Source: Actinomycetota bacterium
GTDB taxonomy: Bacteria > Actinomycetota > Actinomycetes > S36-B12
Reading direction: 5' to 3'
DNA: 64,000 bases
Assembly: GCA_016870195.1 (NCBI GenBank)
Contig: VGCC01000003.1
Location: forward strand, 68,019-132,018
Within the stretch, counting starts at the first letter, position 1, and every line of letters begins with the position of its first letter. Below are positions 1 to 9,910 of this stretch, in pieces. Both the position numbers and the translations under genes were made by a program. Below the pieces are notes generated by a model. The model saw only the letters and a list, made by a program, of their open reading frames with translations, was not told the DNA's origin and did not search any database.

Positions 1-59
1 TGGAGTCGGTAGAGCTCCTCGTCGTAGACCTTCTTCGGAAATAGGTTCCGGTTCCCCAC
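1..59 (-). CDS. partial CDS, 5' end only (gene continues past window start); possibly polyphosphate kinase 2-like
   Basis: My minus-strand translation of 1-100 reads ...DDYPDDVGNRNLFPKKVYDEELYRL with no stop up to the window edge. The pattern recalls PPK2 N-termini, but only about 20 aa are visible. Start uncertain: GTG 57-59, or GTG 141-146, which would overlap the SGNH gene end. Confidence 0.3.
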   Translation of the reverse strand, partial: MGNRNLFPKKVYDEELYRL

Positions 60-90
60 ATCGTCAGGGTAATCGTCCCGTGAGTGAGTG

Positions 91-891
91 TCAGCGGAGT
101 GTGACGACTTCCAGCGCGGAGTCCTTCGCCACGACCGTGTCACCACTACTCACGCCGCAGAGTCGACGCATCACCCACGGTGCGAGGTGCTGCACGATCC
201 AGGAGGCGTCCGAGCCGGCTTTGCTCAGCCGACCCTGCGTGTCACGCGATAGCGATTCGGTCCACCAGCCGGGTAAACCCCCGAGCACTGTGGGATCGTC
301 GACGCCGAGGACCGCGAGGGTGGCTGCAGCGACACGACGATGACCCTCCGCGTTGAGATGCAGCCGGTCCTCGTGCCACATGCGGCGATCGGAGAGGACG
401 GGAATGTGCTCTAGATCGACCAACAATGTTCCGTGGTTCCGTGCGATCCCACGGATCCCCTCGTTGTATCGACCGAAACGCTCGGCGAGCGCATTGGCCA
501 GGCGCCCGCTTCCCCCCGCGCGACCGATGGAGGTGAACATCACCACGGTCCGCGGGGTTGTGGTCAGAGTCCCCACGGCGGAGTCGTACCGAGCCACCAG
601 CGCATCGATATCGGTGCCGGGACGCAGTACGTCGTTGGCGCCCGCGTGGATGGTCACGACCTCGGGGTTAAGTTTCAGTGCGGCAGGAATCTGGAGTTCG
701 ATGATCTGGTCGAGGAGCTTGCCGCGTACCGCGAGGTTGGCGTACGCGAAGGGCTGTGGCGCGGCGACTTCGGCCAATCCATACGCAACTCGATCCGACC
801 AGCCGACAAATCGGCCATCGGGGCGGAGATCGTCGTGGACTCCCTCCGTGAAGGAGTCTCCGAGGCAGACGAGGTTCCGCACCGGGCGCAC
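91..891 (-). CDS. SGNH/GDSL-family hydrolase
   Basis: C-terminal 266 codons of ORF 91..1584; the N-terminal part of that ORF is an off-frame run across lysE. SGNH blocks present: LVCLGDSFTEG, IHAGANDV, DRLHLNAEGH. GTG at 889-891 overlaps the LysE stop (TAGTG). Confidence 0.8.
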   Translation of the reverse strand: MRPVRNLVCLGDSFTEGVHDDLRPDGRFVGWSDRVAYGLAEVAAPQPFAYANLAVRGKLLDQIIELQIPAALKLNPEVVTIHAGANDVLRPGTDIDALVARYDSAVGTLTTTPRTVVMFTSIGRAGGSGRLANALAERFGRYNEGIRGIARNHGTLLVDLEHIPVLSDRRMWHEDRLHLNAEGHRRVAAATLAVLGVDDPTVLGGLPGWWTESLSRDTQGRLSKAGSDASWIVQHLAPWVMRRLCGVSSGDTVVAKDSALEVVTLR

Positions 892-1529
892 TATTCCATG
901 AGCGTCGTGACTGCGGTGACGATGAACCAGGCCGCCACGATGAGGAGGAGCACACCGGAGCCCAGGAGGAGCGAGCGGTACGCGTTTCGGGTCATCCGAT
1001 GGCGTGTAGCACCGACCAGGAGGACAAGGGCGATCTTGCTGCCGACGAGGGTGACGTAGAAGGCGACGAGAAAGGCGACCGCATCGCGGGGTGATGATCG
1101 CCCCGTGGTGACGAGCAGTGCGGATCCCGCAGTGATCCAAAAGATCCACGGAGCCGGATTCAGCAGGTTGGTGAGGAAGCCCTGGAGGACCAGGGGGACC
1201 GAAAACCTGGGTCGATCCGACTCGGCGGATCCCACGAGCGCATCGGGATCCGCTGTGCGAGCGGCGCGGAGGATTTCCATCCCGAAGATGGCCACGACGA
1301 TCCCCCCAGCCAAGCCAAGCCACGTGATGACGCTTTCGGGCAACCTGCTCACGACCGTGAATGAAGCAATGATGATAAGGGTGTCGGAGAGAAGTGGTGC
1401 GATCGCGATCGTGAACCCGGCGCCGCGTCCTCGCCGGAGCGTCGCGGCGATCGCCAGGATGGTGAGAGGGCCTGGTGCGATTCCCGACGCGATCCCGATG
1501 CTCAATCCGGTCAGGATGCTGTCCACCAT
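891..1529 (-). CDS. LysE/RhtB-family amino-acid exporter
   Basis: 212-aa ORF with about 6 hydrophobic helices and an N-terminal GIAPGP motif typical of LysE-type translocators. Its stop abuts the next start. Confidence 0.75.
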   Translation of the reverse strand: MVDSILTGLSIGIASGIAPGPLTILAIAATLRRGRGAGFTIAIAPLLSDTLIIIASFTVVSRLPESVITWLGLAGGIVVAIFGMEILRAARTADPDALVGSAESDRPRFSVPLVLQGFLTNLLNPAPWIFWITAGSALLVTTGRSSPRDAVAFLVAFYVTLVGSKIALVLLVGATRHRMTRNAYRSLLLGSGVLLLIVAAWFIVTAVTTLME

Positions 1530-1553
1530 CGGGATTGTGCCAATGCGCAGGGG

Positions 1554-2003
1554 TCAGGAGCGCATGCGCCCTGAGTAGTCCCACGACGTGAACGTTGAGG
1601 GAGCAATGCGAATCGCGACCTCACGTTCGAGGCGACTCAGAAGCCACTCGCTGAGGTGGGTTCGCTCCGCACCCTGATACCGCTCGATCAGAGTGGGAAG
1701 TACCCGTCGGGCGTCCTCGGGAAGGATGGTTGCGATGCCCGTTCCTCGCACACCTCTATATGGCGGATGATCCCCGGCGATCTCGAATCCGACCCTGGCA
1801 TCGCGGGTAATCCGTTGGGCAAGAAGGGAGGTCTCCTGTGTTGCACACCATAGGTTGCCGCCCTCTACGAGGAACCACAGCGATTGCACGAGCGGGCCGG
1901 AGGCACCGTTCGACGCTAGGCGCATCGGTATGTGCGTCGACTCCAGGAAGTCCATGATCGCTTCCGAGTCCCAGGGACCTGAGGTGATGCGGGGTTCACC
2001 CAT
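1554..2003 (-). CDS. pyridoxamine 5'-phosphate oxidase-like (split-barrel flavin/F420-binding) family protein
   Basis: 149-aa ORF with an ATG start and coding-like composition. The family call comes from overall sequence resemblance only. Confidence 0.5.
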   Translation of the reverse strand: MGEPRITSGPWDSEAIMDFLESTHIPMRLASNGASGPLVQSLWFLVEGGNLWCATQETSLLAQRITRDARVGFEIAGDHPPYRGVRGTGIATILPEDARRVLPTLIERYQGAERTHLSEWLLSRLEREVAIRIAPSTFTSWDYSGRMRS

Positions 2004-2063
2004 ATCTGCACGCTAATGGGCGCGGTCGGCTACCGTGCGTGCGCCACGGACGAAGGGAGTGCT

Positions 2064-2900
2064 ATGGGGGCACTGCTCGCTCTCATCTCAAGCCTCTCGT
2101 GGGGTGTGGCGGACTTCATCGGGGGACTCGCTGCGCGCCGAGCAGGGACGGTGCAGGTCCTGGCCGTGTCCTACCCCGCCGGGGCCGTGGTCCTCACGCT
2201 CGTGGCGATCTTCGTGATTCCGGGGAACCTCACCCCCGCGGTGATCCCCTACGCACTCATAGCCGGCTCCATCGGCGCCCTCGCCATCGGTCTTCTCTAC
2301 GCCGCGTTGACGCGCGGACCTATGGGAGTGGTGTCACCGATCACTGCGGTTATGTCAGGCGCCGTCCCCGTGGTTGCTGGCGTTCTCAGGGGCGAGTCGT
2401 TGAGCGGGCTCGCCATCGCCGGCATGGTGCTTGCCATCTTCGCCGTTGTCCTCGTCAGTCGAGAGAGTGGTCACGCCCACCAACGCACCCCGATCAACGC
2501 GTTGCTCCTGGCCATAGCCAGCGGAGCGGCGATCGGCCTCTACCTGACGGCGATCGGCTTGGCTCCCTCGGATTCGGGTGTCTGGGTTGCCACCTTGGGT
2601 CGATGGGTGTCGACGGTCGCGATGGTCGTAACACTTCTCGTCGTCGTGCGGTCGTTCCCCCGCACCGGATTCCCCTGGAAACTCGCAGTCATCTCAGGAA
2701 TTCTCGATGCAGCCGCCAACGGGATCTTCCAGTTGGCAACGCAGCGAGGACTTCTCGCGATCGTCGCGGTGATTGGTTCGCTCTATCCGGCGGCCACCGT
2801 GATGCTCGCCCGCATCTTCCTGCAGGAGCGGCTCAACCGCCTCCAGATCACGGGCGTGGTGGCAGCACTTGTTGCTGCGGCATCACTGGCCCTCGCCTAA
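2064..2900 (+). CDS. EamA/DMT-family transporter
   Basis: About 10 hydrophobic segments in two EamA-like halves. ATG 2064 is preferred over ATG 2016 because GAAGGGAG lies just upstream. Confidence 0.8.
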   Translation: MGALLALISSLSWGVADFIGGLAARRAGTVQVLAVSYPAGAVVLTLVAIFVIPGNLTPAVIPYALIAGSIGALAIGLLYAALTRGPMGVVSPITAVMSGAVPVVAGVLRGESLSGLAIAGMVLAIFAVVLVSRESGHAHQRTPINALLLAIASGAAIGLYLTAIGLAPSDSGVWVATLGRWVSTVAMVVTLLVVVRSFPRTGFPWKLAVISGILDAAANGIFQLATQRGLLAIVAVIGSLYPAATVMLARIFLQERLNRLQITGVVAALVAAASLALA

Positions 2901-3958
2901 CCCTGCGGCTCTGAACTCTCCCTGCGTCGCTGCCGACGTGCGTCGAACGAGTAGAGACCGAAGGCCCCGAGGCCGACGAGGATCTGTGGAAGGAACCAGA
3001 CCAAGCGCCAGATGAGGTCGGCGGCCACGGCCGTCGAATTGGGTATTCCGAATCCGGTGAGTAGGAGGACGAGAGCTGCATCGACCGTTCCGAGCCCACC
3101 GGGAGTGATCGGAAAGCTCGTGAGCAGGAGCGCCAAGGAGAAAGCAGCGAAGGCTTCGATGGGCGTGATCGGATGCGGGAAGACTTCGAGGGCTGCGAGA
3201 GCCGCGATGAGAACGAAGAATGGCGTGATCTGCGCAGCAGCATTGGTGATCGTCAAAGGCAGCCAGCGGGACTTCATGAGGTCACCCGCTTCGGTGCTGA
3301 AGCTCACCAGAGTCGGAGTGATGTCGGGGGCCTGCTTGCGAATGAGGCGGTAAGCCCAGGTGACGAGCGGCTGGAGCCGCCTCCCCAGATTCTGGGCGCT
3401 CTCCGTGCTGCGCAACATGAGCCAGATCCCGATGACCGAGGCAACCACGATGATGGCGCCCACGATCGCGGCGGTCAGGAATCCTGCTGTCGAGCGTCCC
3501 TCCATCACGAGGAGGATCACCGCGAGCGCAGGTGTCCCCAGCACCATCAGATACGTCCAGATCGCGTCGGCGCTGACCGCCGCAGCTGACTTCGTAGGTG
3601 GCACTCCGTACCTGCTCAAGATCGCGTACTGCGTTCCGACCGCGATCGCTCCGCCACCGGGGATCACGTTGCTGACCAGGAATCCCGCCTGCCGATCCAC
3701 GAATGCTGCTCGGTACCCCAGGCCTGGAATCACGGCCATCGCCGTGAGTGGGTAGATGACGATGTTGAGGAGTCCAGCGGCAAGCAGGATGAGTGCCCAG
3801 TACCAGGGCATGGCGAGGATGCTCTGGAAAGCCGTCGCGTAACTCCCGAACGATGGGAAGAGGAACGCGAAGACCGCCACCATGATGACGAGGCCGATGA
3901 TCGCCGTGATGATCGTGCGAGTGCGGCTCTTGGGTTTCTGCGGCGTGGGAGTGCTCAT
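2897..3958 (-). CDS. flippase-like / lysylphosphatidylglycerol-synthase TM-region (UPF0104) family membrane protein
   Basis: 353 aa from the ATG at 3956-3958 (MSTPTPQKPKSRTR followed by multiple TM helices). ATGA overlap with the upstream gene. The extra 77 N-terminal codons in the ORF track overlap the upstream gene and are rejected. Confidence 0.6.
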   Translation of the reverse strand: MSTPTPQKPKSRTRTIITAIIGLVIMVAVFAFLFPSFGSYATAFQSILAMPWYWALILLAAGLLNIVIYPLTAMAVIPGLGYRAAFVDRQAGFLVSNVIPGGGAIAVGTQYAILSRYGVPPTKSAAAVSADAIWTYLMVLGTPALAVILLVMEGRSTAGFLTAAIVGAIIVVASVIGIWLMLRSTESAQNLGRRLQPLVTWAYRLIRKQAPDITPTLVSFSTEAGDLMKSRWLPLTITNAAAQITPFFVLIAALAALEVFPHPITPIEAFAAFSLALLLTSFPITPGGLGTVDAALVLLLTGFGIPNSTAVAADLIWRLVWFLPQILVGLGAFGLYSFDARRQRRRESSEPQG

Positions 3959-4662
3959 GCTTCGAGCTCGGGTTCCGCATCCTGCGCGACTGTGGTCTTC
4001 GCTCCGGCCACGGCACCAACAAGGGCGAGTCCGTATCCGACGAATGGTCCGATGAGCACTGCAAAGAGCACGGTTCCGAGCCCGATCACACCCCCAAGGA
4101 GCCAGCCGAGTGCAAGGACTGTGACTTCGATGCCCAATCGAACCCCGGGAATGGGCCACCCGGTGCGCAGGTGGAGTCCGGTCATCCAACCGTCGCGTGG
4201 ACCAGGACCGAGATTCGTGGTCAGGTAGAGGCCGCTCCCGATTCCTATCGCGGCGATCCCGCCAAGCACCATGACGAGTTGCCAGACGAATCCGCGGGGT
4301 TGCGGCAGTACGACCATCATCACCTGGAGTGCAGTGGCGATGACGACTGCGTTCGCCAGGGTGCCGAGTCCAGGTTTCACGCGCAGTGGAATCCAGAGAA
4401 GCAGGACCAGGATGCTGATGATGAATGTCGTAACCCCGATACTGAGTTCAGTGCGCACGGCGAGGCCTTGCGCGAGGACCGTCCAGGGCCCATTCCCCAA
4501 TCCTGCGTCCACGATCAAGGCCTCGCCGGTTCCGAAGAGCCACAATCCGGCGACAAGCACCACGTACGTCATCGGTCGTGCCCGCCACCGGGAATCCGCC
4601 CGCCATCGAGTGACAGGCACCGAACGCGAGGGCCGCAGCACGGCGGGAATGGGGAGATTCAC
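3955..4662 (-). CDS. YczE/YitT-like integral membrane protein
   Basis: 235 aa, 5-6 TM helices. GTG at 4660-4662 is preceded by AGGAAGGA 5 nt upstream. The stop overlaps the next start (ATGA). Confidence 0.5.
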   Translation of the reverse strand: MNLPIPAVLRPSRSVPVTRWRADSRWRARPMTYVVLVAGLWLFGTGEALIVDAGLGNGPWTVLAQGLAVRTELSIGVTTFIISILVLLLWIPLRVKPGLGTLANAVVIATALQVMMVVLPQPRGFVWQLVMVLGGIAAIGIGSGLYLTTNLGPGPRDGWMTGLHLRTGWPIPGVRLGIEVTVLALGWLLGGVIGLGTVLFAVLIGPFVGYGLALVGAVAGAKTTVAQDAEPELEA

Positions 4663-4716
4663 GTCGTCCTTCCTAAAGCTCTGATCTCCTATCGGCCTCT
4701 GGGTTACCGTAGCCGC

Positions 4717-5187
4717 ATGCGCGTTTCCCCCGGACGTCGCGGTGTTCTCGTCATCGTGTGCGCTGCACTGTTGACCGCCTGCGGCGGAAGCGACGAGAGC
4801 GCAACCGATGCTGCCGTCTCTCCCACTGCGGCAGCAGCGGGTCAAGGCCCCGTGCTGTTACTCGATGCGCAGGAAACCACGATCCTCGATCAGCGTATTG
4901 CCTACCCAACCAAGAAGCCAGCGCGCATCACGAGTGATGTCACGGTGCTGGAACCGGGTCAGGAGACGGGTTGGCGCCGGCATCGAGTTCCGGTGTACGT
5001 CTACGTTCTCGAAGGGACATACACCGTCGAGTACGAATCGGCCGTGACCCGCGACTTCCCACCGGGGACCGCGTTCATCCAGGCGCTCAAGACCGATTAC
5101 AACGGGATGAACAAGGGAACGGAGCCGGTGCGTCTGCTGACGGTGTACCTGGGTGCGAAGGGCATCCGAGACATCATCGAGCGATGA
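4717..5187 (+). CDS. cupin-domain lipoprotein
   Basis: ATG 4717. Signal peptide with lipobox LLTAC-GG. The C-terminal beta-rich region (WRRHRVPVYVYVLEGTYTVEY) looks cupin-like. The upstream part of ORF 4171..5187 is antisense to the YczE-like gene and is rejected. Confidence 0.6.
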   Translation: MRVSPGRRGVLVIVCAALLTACGGSDESATDAAVSPTAAAAGQGPVLLLDAQETTILDQRIAYPTKKPARITSDVTVLEPGQETGWRRHRVPVYVYVLEGTYTVEYESAVTRDFPPGTAFIQALKTDYNGMNKGTEPVRLLTVYLGAKGIRDIIER

Positions 5188-5191
5188 CACC

Positions 5192-5845
5192 ATGATGCGC
5201 TTCCTCTTTGCTACCCATCCCGCGGGCATCCTGGCGCGCGTTGTCCCACTCGGGACTGTGGCCGCTGCGTGGATCGCGATGCTGCTCATGCCGACACTCC
5301 ACCATTCGCTGATTCCCGGGTGGTTCGTGATGGTGATCGCGATGATGATTCCGACGGTGTTGCGCCCTATGCGGAAGGTCGCTGATGATCGTGTGTCACG
5401 TGCAACGGTATTTCTCGCGGGTTACTCGATCGTCTGGGTGTTGGCGGCCGCACCACTCGCGCTCCTCCCCATCACCAGCCTCGGCTCCTTCATGATCGGC
5501 GGCGTCTGGATGCTTGCGGGCGTTGTGCAGGTGCTCCCGAGCACGGCCCGAGCACTGCACGCCTGTCGCGGGCTGCGACGCACGGATGGTCCATGGGGCG
5601 CGGGCGTGCGTCAGGGCATCTGGTGTGTGCGTTCCTGCTGGCTGCTCATGGTCGCCACTGTTGCAACCGCGAGCCTGATGCCGGCCCTCGCTTCCGTGGG
5701 TCTCATGATCATCGCCGCCGCAGTGATGCTGTGGGAGAAATCGCGGCTAGCGTCGGCGACTGCCATTCGAGGCCTGGGAATTGCCTTCATCGTCCTTGGT
5801 GCGGCGATCATGGTGCTTGCGCCCGGAACGCACCTTCACGGTTAA
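5192..5845 (+). CDS. DUF2182-like metal-binding integral membrane protein
   Basis: 217 aa from the MMRFLF start, 4 nt after the cupin stop. 5-6 TM helices. Family call is by resemblance. Confidence 0.5.
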   Translation: MMRFLFATHPAGILARVVPLGTVAAAWIAMLLMPTLHHSLIPGWFVMVIAMMIPTVLRPMRKVADDRVSRATVFLAGYSIVWVLAAAPLALLPITSLGSFMIGGVWMLAGVVQVLPSTARALHACRGLRRTDGPWGAGVRQGIWCVRSCWLLMVATVATASLMPALASVGLMIIAAAVMLWEKSRLASATAIRGLGIAFIVLGAAIMVLAPGTHLHG

Positions 5846-6378
5846 GTCGGACGGACGTCGAGATCGGTGTCGTCGCACACGTCGTTGACATCCACCAACA
5901 CTCGGTCATGGGTGGCGAGGTAGTCACGGGCTCCAGAGTCGTCTGCGACGACGTCCATGAGTGATTGCCAGTGCTCCTTGCCGATTCGGACAGGGTGGCC
6001 CGGTCTATCCCCGTAGACGGCTTGCACCAGCGACCCCGGAGTGTCGATCACCCTGCGTACTCCCTCGGGAGTGATTCCGGGTTGGTCCACGAGGATCACC
6101 ACCGCACTGTCGGCATCCGATGCTGCCCGTGCCCACTTCAGGCCGATGCGGAGGGATGAGCCCATTCCTTCCTCCCACCCGTGATTCACGATGACCAGGC
6201 AGTTCTCGACGGATCCCTCCCAGGCACCGAGGATCGTGTACACGGGTTCGCATCCGGCTTCGCGGAGGGTGCGCACCGCACGATCGACGAGTCTCTCCCC
6301 GTCCCATTCATACGGCGCCTTCGGGCCGCCGAATCGGGTTCCCGCACCGGCGGCGAGGACGATTCCGCACACCGTCAT
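5842..6378 (-). CDS. MobA-like NTP transferase, probable molybdenum cofactor cytidylyltransferase (MocA-like)
   Basis: Starts MTVCGIVLAAGAGTRFGGPK (nucleotidyltransferase P-loop). ATGA overlap with xdhC upstream. Sits in a Moco/cox context. Confidence 0.7.
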   Translation of the reverse strand: MTVCGIVLAAGAGTRFGGPKAPYEWDGERLVDRAVRTLREAGCEPVYTILGAWEGSVENCLVIVNHGWEEGMGSSLRIGLKWARAASDADSAVVILVDQPGITPEGVRRVIDTPGSLVQAVYGDRPGHPVRIGKEHWQSLMDVVADDSGARDYLATHDRVLVDVNDVCDDTDLDVRPT

Positions 6379-7481
6379 CGCGCCACTCCTGGGTGAATAG
6401 GTCCCGACGTCTGTGTCAGATGCCTGCCGCTTCCTCCCCACCGTGACTGCACGATCTCCGCGGCGATGGAGATCGCCGTCTCCTCGGGAGTACGGGCCCC
6501 GAGGTCCAAGCCGATGGGGGAGTGGATTCGGGCGATCTCGTCGTCGGTGAGACCAGCTTCCTTGAGTCGGATGACGCGATTGTCATGTGTACGGCGTGAC
6601 CCCATCGCCCCGATGAAGCCCGCATCGGTTGTGATGGCGACCTTGAGTGCGGGAACGTCAAATTTCGGATCATGGGTGAGAACGGCGATGACTGTGCGGC
6701 GATCCACCGCTTGCTTCTCGAGCCACCGGTGCGGCCAGTCGACCACAACCTCGTCGGCATCCGGGAAGCGCTTGGTAGTCGCGAAGATCGGCCGCGCATC
6801 GCAGACCGTGACGCGGTACCCGAGGAGTTTGCCCGCCTTGACGAGGGCCGCCGAGAAGTCGATCGCGCCAAAGATGAACATCTGCGCAGGAGGTGCGAAG
6901 CTCGCTACGAAGACATCGAGACCCTCACCCATGCGTTCACCCTGGGGTCCGTAATGCAGGAAACCGGTCAAGCCGCCAGCGAGCATGCCGCGCACGTCCT
7001 CGCGCACGGTGTCGTCGAGACGCTGGGTTCCGAGGCTGCCCTCGGCCGAGTGTGGGCGCACGACGATGTGCCGCCCGACATGGTCCGGACCACGGACAAC
7101 TGTGGCGACCGCCACGGGCTCCTCCGCAGCGATGCTGGCCGCGATCCCGGGAAGCTCCGGCCACGACTGCGCGTCGACCCGCTCGACGAAGACTTTGAGA
7201 ATGCCCCCGCATGTGAGGCCCACCGCGAATGCGTCATCGTCGCTGACACCGTACGTCGGGAATTGGTGGGAGCCACTTTCCAGCACTTCCTGGCCGACGT
7301 CGTAGAGGGCACCCTCCACGCAGCCACCGCTCACGGAGCCGACGGCCTCGCCGGCCCCCGTGACCAGCATCGACGCCCCGGCTGGGCGCGGTGCGGACTT
7401 CCAGGTCCGCACGACAGTGGCCATGGCCACGGGCCTTCCGGCCTGGAACTCGGTGAGGAGTTCCGAGATGACCTCGCGCAC
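6375..7481 (-). CDS. xdhC: XdhC/CoxI-family molybdoenzyme maturation factor
   Basis: 368 aa from GTG 7479-7481, with AGGAGG 6 nt upstream. N-terminal XdhC_CoxI region (GRPVAMATVVRTWKSAPRPAGASMLV) and a C-terminal Rossmann-like region (MFIFGAIDFSAALV). Confidence 0.85.
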   Translation of the reverse strand: MREVISELLTEFQAGRPVAMATVVRTWKSAPRPAGASMLVTGAGEAVGSVSGGCVEGALYDVGQEVLESGSHQFPTYGVSDDDAFAVGLTCGGILKVFVERVDAQSWPELPGIAASIAAEEPVAVATVVRGPDHVGRHIVVRPHSAEGSLGTQRLDDTVREDVRGMLAGGLTGFLHYGPQGERMGEGLDVFVASFAPPAQMFIFGAIDFSAALVKAGKLLGYRVTVCDARPIFATTKRFPDADEVVVDWPHRWLEKQAVDRRTVIAVLTHDPKFDVPALKVAITTDAGFIGAMGSRRTHDNRVIRLKEAGLTDDEIARIHSPIGLDLGARTPEETAISIAAEIVQSRWGGSGRHLTQTSGPIHPGVAR

Positions 7482-7543
7482 GGCCCACCTCCTGATTCCC
7501 GGTCCCGTGGGCAGCCCGTCCCAGTAGGCCCAATAATGGAACG

Positions 7544-7966
7544 ATGTCACAGGTCCGGCACGTGGACGTGCGTGAGGGGCGACTCGACCCCGAAATCCTG
7601 CGTTCAGTGGTGGCCGATGCATCCGCGGGGGCCACGGCCCTGTTCACCGGAGATGTCCGGGACAACGACCACGGGCGGCCGGTGGTCTCCCTGTCCTACG
7701 AGGCCCACCCGAGCGCCAAGGACGTACTGTCCGAGGTGGCGCAGGAGATCGCGGAGCGATTCGACGTGATCGCGGTCGCGGTGGCGCATCGTCACGGCCC
7801 GATTCCTGTCGGCGAAGCCGCTCTGGTCGCCGCCGTCAGTGCGCGTCACCGGGAGGAGGCGTTCGCCGCGTGCATTGCGCTCGTGGATCTGACTAAGGAA
7901 CGCATCCCGATCTGGAAGCACCAAGTGTTTGCCGATGGCACCGATGAGTGGGTGAATTGCGCGTGA
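7544..7966 (+). CDS. moaE: molybdopterin synthase catalytic subunit MoaE
   Basis: 140 aa. MoaE-typical GATALFTGDVRD ... LSYEAH ... PIWKHQ motifs. Confidence 0.9.
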   Translation: MSQVRHVDVREGRLDPEILRSVVADASAGATALFTGDVRDNDHGRPVVSLSYEAHPSAKDVLSEVAQEIAERFDVIAVAVAHRHGPIPVGEAALVAAVSARHREEAFAACIALVDLTKERIPIWKHQVFADGTDEWVNCA

Positions 7967-8967
7967 GCTCCGAACTCATCGACACTTACGGTCGTGTGCA
8001 CCGGGATATGCGCGTGTCCTTAACCGATCGGTGCTCACTGCGTTGCACGTACTGCATGCCACCCGACTTTGCGGACTGGATTCCCGGCGATCATCTGCTT
8101 ACCACGGATGAGCTCATGCTCATCCTCGACGTTGCAACGGAGATGGGTATCAATCAGGTGCGGCTCACGGGTGGAGAACCGCTGCTACGTCCGGATGCTG
8201 TCGACGTGGTTCGCCGGATCTACGCACTCCCGCATGCGCCGAAGATCTCCCTCACAACCAACGGCCTCCGGCTCGAGAAACTCGCGCAGCCGCTCGCGGA
8301 TGCTGGCCTCGAGCGCGTGAATGTCAGTCTTGACACCCTCGATCGTGAACGCTTCGCGGCAATGACCCACCGTGATCGTTTGGACGACGTCCTCGCGGGA
8401 ATCGAGGCGGCGAAGAATGCGGGTCTGCTGCCCGTCAAGGTCAACGCGGTGTTGATGCGCGGGGTGAATGACGACGAAGCCGTTCCCCTCCTACGACATG
8501 CGCTCGCCAACGGATGGCACCTCCGATTCATCGAGCAGATGCCACTCGATGCCGGAGGGCTATGGGCTCGGCCGGCCATGGTCACCGCCGACGAGATCAT
8601 GCAGATGCTCACCGCCGAATTCGATCTCACGCCGGTTCCCACCCGAGGGTCTGCGCCCGCCGAGGAGTTTTACGTCGATGGGGGGCCTGAGACAGTGGGC
8701 ATCATCGCGAGTGTGTCCCGGCCATTCTGCGCAGCGTGCGATCGACTGCGCCTGACTGCGGATGGCCAGTTCCGCAACTGTCTCTTCGCCCGTGATGAAA
8801 CCGATGCGCGCGGTGTGATCCGCGACCTGTCATTGGATGAGCCGGCCACACGCGAGGCGATTGCCGACATCCTGCGCTCGGTGACGCGGGCCAAACTCCC
8901 TGGACACGGAATCAATGACCCGACGTTCATCCAGCCCGCGCGTCCTATGTCCGCGATCGGCGGTTAG
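7963..8967 (+). CDS. moaA: GTP 3',8-cyclase MoaA (radical SAM)
   Basis: RVSLTDRCSLRCTYCMP radical-SAM CxxxCxxC motif and a C-terminal CxxCxxxRLTADG. GTG 7963 gives a GTGA overlap with the moaE stop; GTG 7948 is an alternative start. Confidence 0.93.
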   Translation: MSSELIDTYGRVHRDMRVSLTDRCSLRCTYCMPPDFADWIPGDHLLTTDELMLILDVATEMGINQVRLTGGEPLLRPDAVDVVRRIYALPHAPKISLTTNGLRLEKLAQPLADAGLERVNVSLDTLDRERFAAMTHRDRLDDVLAGIEAAKNAGLLPVKVNAVLMRGVNDDEAVPLLRHALANGWHLRFIEQMPLDAGGLWARPAMVTADEIMQMLTAEFDLTPVPTRGSAPAEEFYVDGGPETVGIIASVSRPFCAACDRLRLTADGQFRNCLFARDETDARGVIRDLSLDEPATREAIADILRSVTRAKLPGHGINDPTFIQPARPMSAIGG

Positions 8968-9206
8968 CCGCCGGCGAAGGGCGGCAGGATGTCGAGGGCA
9001 CTTCCATCGTCGAGTGTGATTTCTCGGTGGTCGCCGTGCACCGCCATTTCATCGAGGAGGTAGCTGCACCGAGGCAGCACGGGGCCGAGGCCGGGGTAGC
9101 GCTCGATGAGTTCGGCCAAGACCTCGGCAAGTGTCCCGGCGGTCGCATCGACTCGGTCATGCCCCGCGGCTGCCCGTGCCGCAGCAAAGAGCCGAACCGT
9201 GACCAT
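8964..9206 (-). CDS. moaD: molybdopterin synthase sulfur-carrier subunit MoaD
   Basis: 80 aa ending in ...PPFAGG (ubiquitin-like C-terminal Gly-Gly). Moco context. Confidence 0.85.
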   Translation of the reverse strand: MVTVRLFAAARAAAGHDRVDATAGTLAEVLAELIERYPGLGPVLPRCSYLLDEMAVHGDHREITLDDGSALDILPPFAGG

Positions 9207-9298
9207 GATGTGAGGGTACGCGCGTCTTCCGAGCGAATCCGGTGGCGGTGGACGACGGCGGGGCCTAACGTGGGGTCGGTCCGACCTGGGGAGCCTTC

Positions 9299-9910
9299 GT
9301 GGAATTGCGGAACTCGTTCACCGTTCCGGCGGATATCGCCACCGCGTGGAGCACCCTCCTCGACGTCGAGGCAATCGCTCCCTGCATGCCCGGTGCCACG
9401 TTGGAGACCGTGAACGGTGATGAGTTCACCGGCAATGTCAAGGTCAAGCTCGGCCCGGTGTCGATGACCTACGGCGGGGAAGCGCGATTCCTCTCCAAAG
9501 ACGATGCCGCGCACACAGCGGTGATCGAAGGCAATGGCAAGGAAACCCGAGGCACGGGTACCGCACGTGCGATCGTCACCTGCACGTTGAGCCAGGAGTC
9601 CCCGCACGAGACCCGAGTCGATGTGACCACGGACCTGACCATCACCGGCAAAGCGGCGCAGTTCGGACGCGGTGTCATGCAGGACGTGGCCGGGCGCCTG
9701 GTGACTCAGTTCGCGGGAAACCTCGGAACGGTGATCGCCTCCCGCGCCGCAACGGATACGACCACTGAGGCGATGCCCGCCCCGGCGCAGCAGGCTGAGG
9801 CGCTAGATCTCGGGTCGGTCGCGGCGGCGCCGGTCTTGAAGCGAGTACTGCCAGTCGTCATCGGCCTCGTCGTCATCATCGGTCTGATCTGGTTCATTGC
9901 GAGTCGCTGA
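9299..9910 (+). CDS. coxG: CoxG-like SRPBCC protein (CO dehydrogenase subunit G family) with C-terminal TM anchor
   Basis: N-terminus reads MELRNSFTVPADIATAWSTLLDVEAIAPCMPGA (CoxG/SRPBCC pattern). C-terminal hydrophobic helix VLPVVIGLVVIIGLIWFI. Immediately precedes coxD. Confidence 0.75.
   Translation: MELRNSFTVPADIATAWSTLLDVEAIAPCMPGATLETVNGDEFTGNVKVKLGPVSMTYGGEARFLSKDDAAHTAVIEGNGKETRGTGTARAIVTCTLSQESPHETRVDVTTDLTITGKAAQFGRGVMQDVAGRLVTQFAGNLGTVIASRAATDTTTEAMPAPAQQAEALDLGSVAAAPVLKRVLPVVIGLVVIIGLIWFIASR

Noticed and set aside
91-1584. 497-aa ORF suggesting a large fusion protein
   Set aside because: Only the C-terminal 266 codons show SGNH motifs. The upstream part overlaps the well-supported LysE gene in another frame and reads as Arg/Pro/His-rich noise.
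7482-7543. Moco riboswitch upstream of moaE
   Set aside because: The divergent xdhC/moaE spacer is only 62 nt, too short for the Moco RNA motif of well over 100 nt. I could not see the conserved stems.
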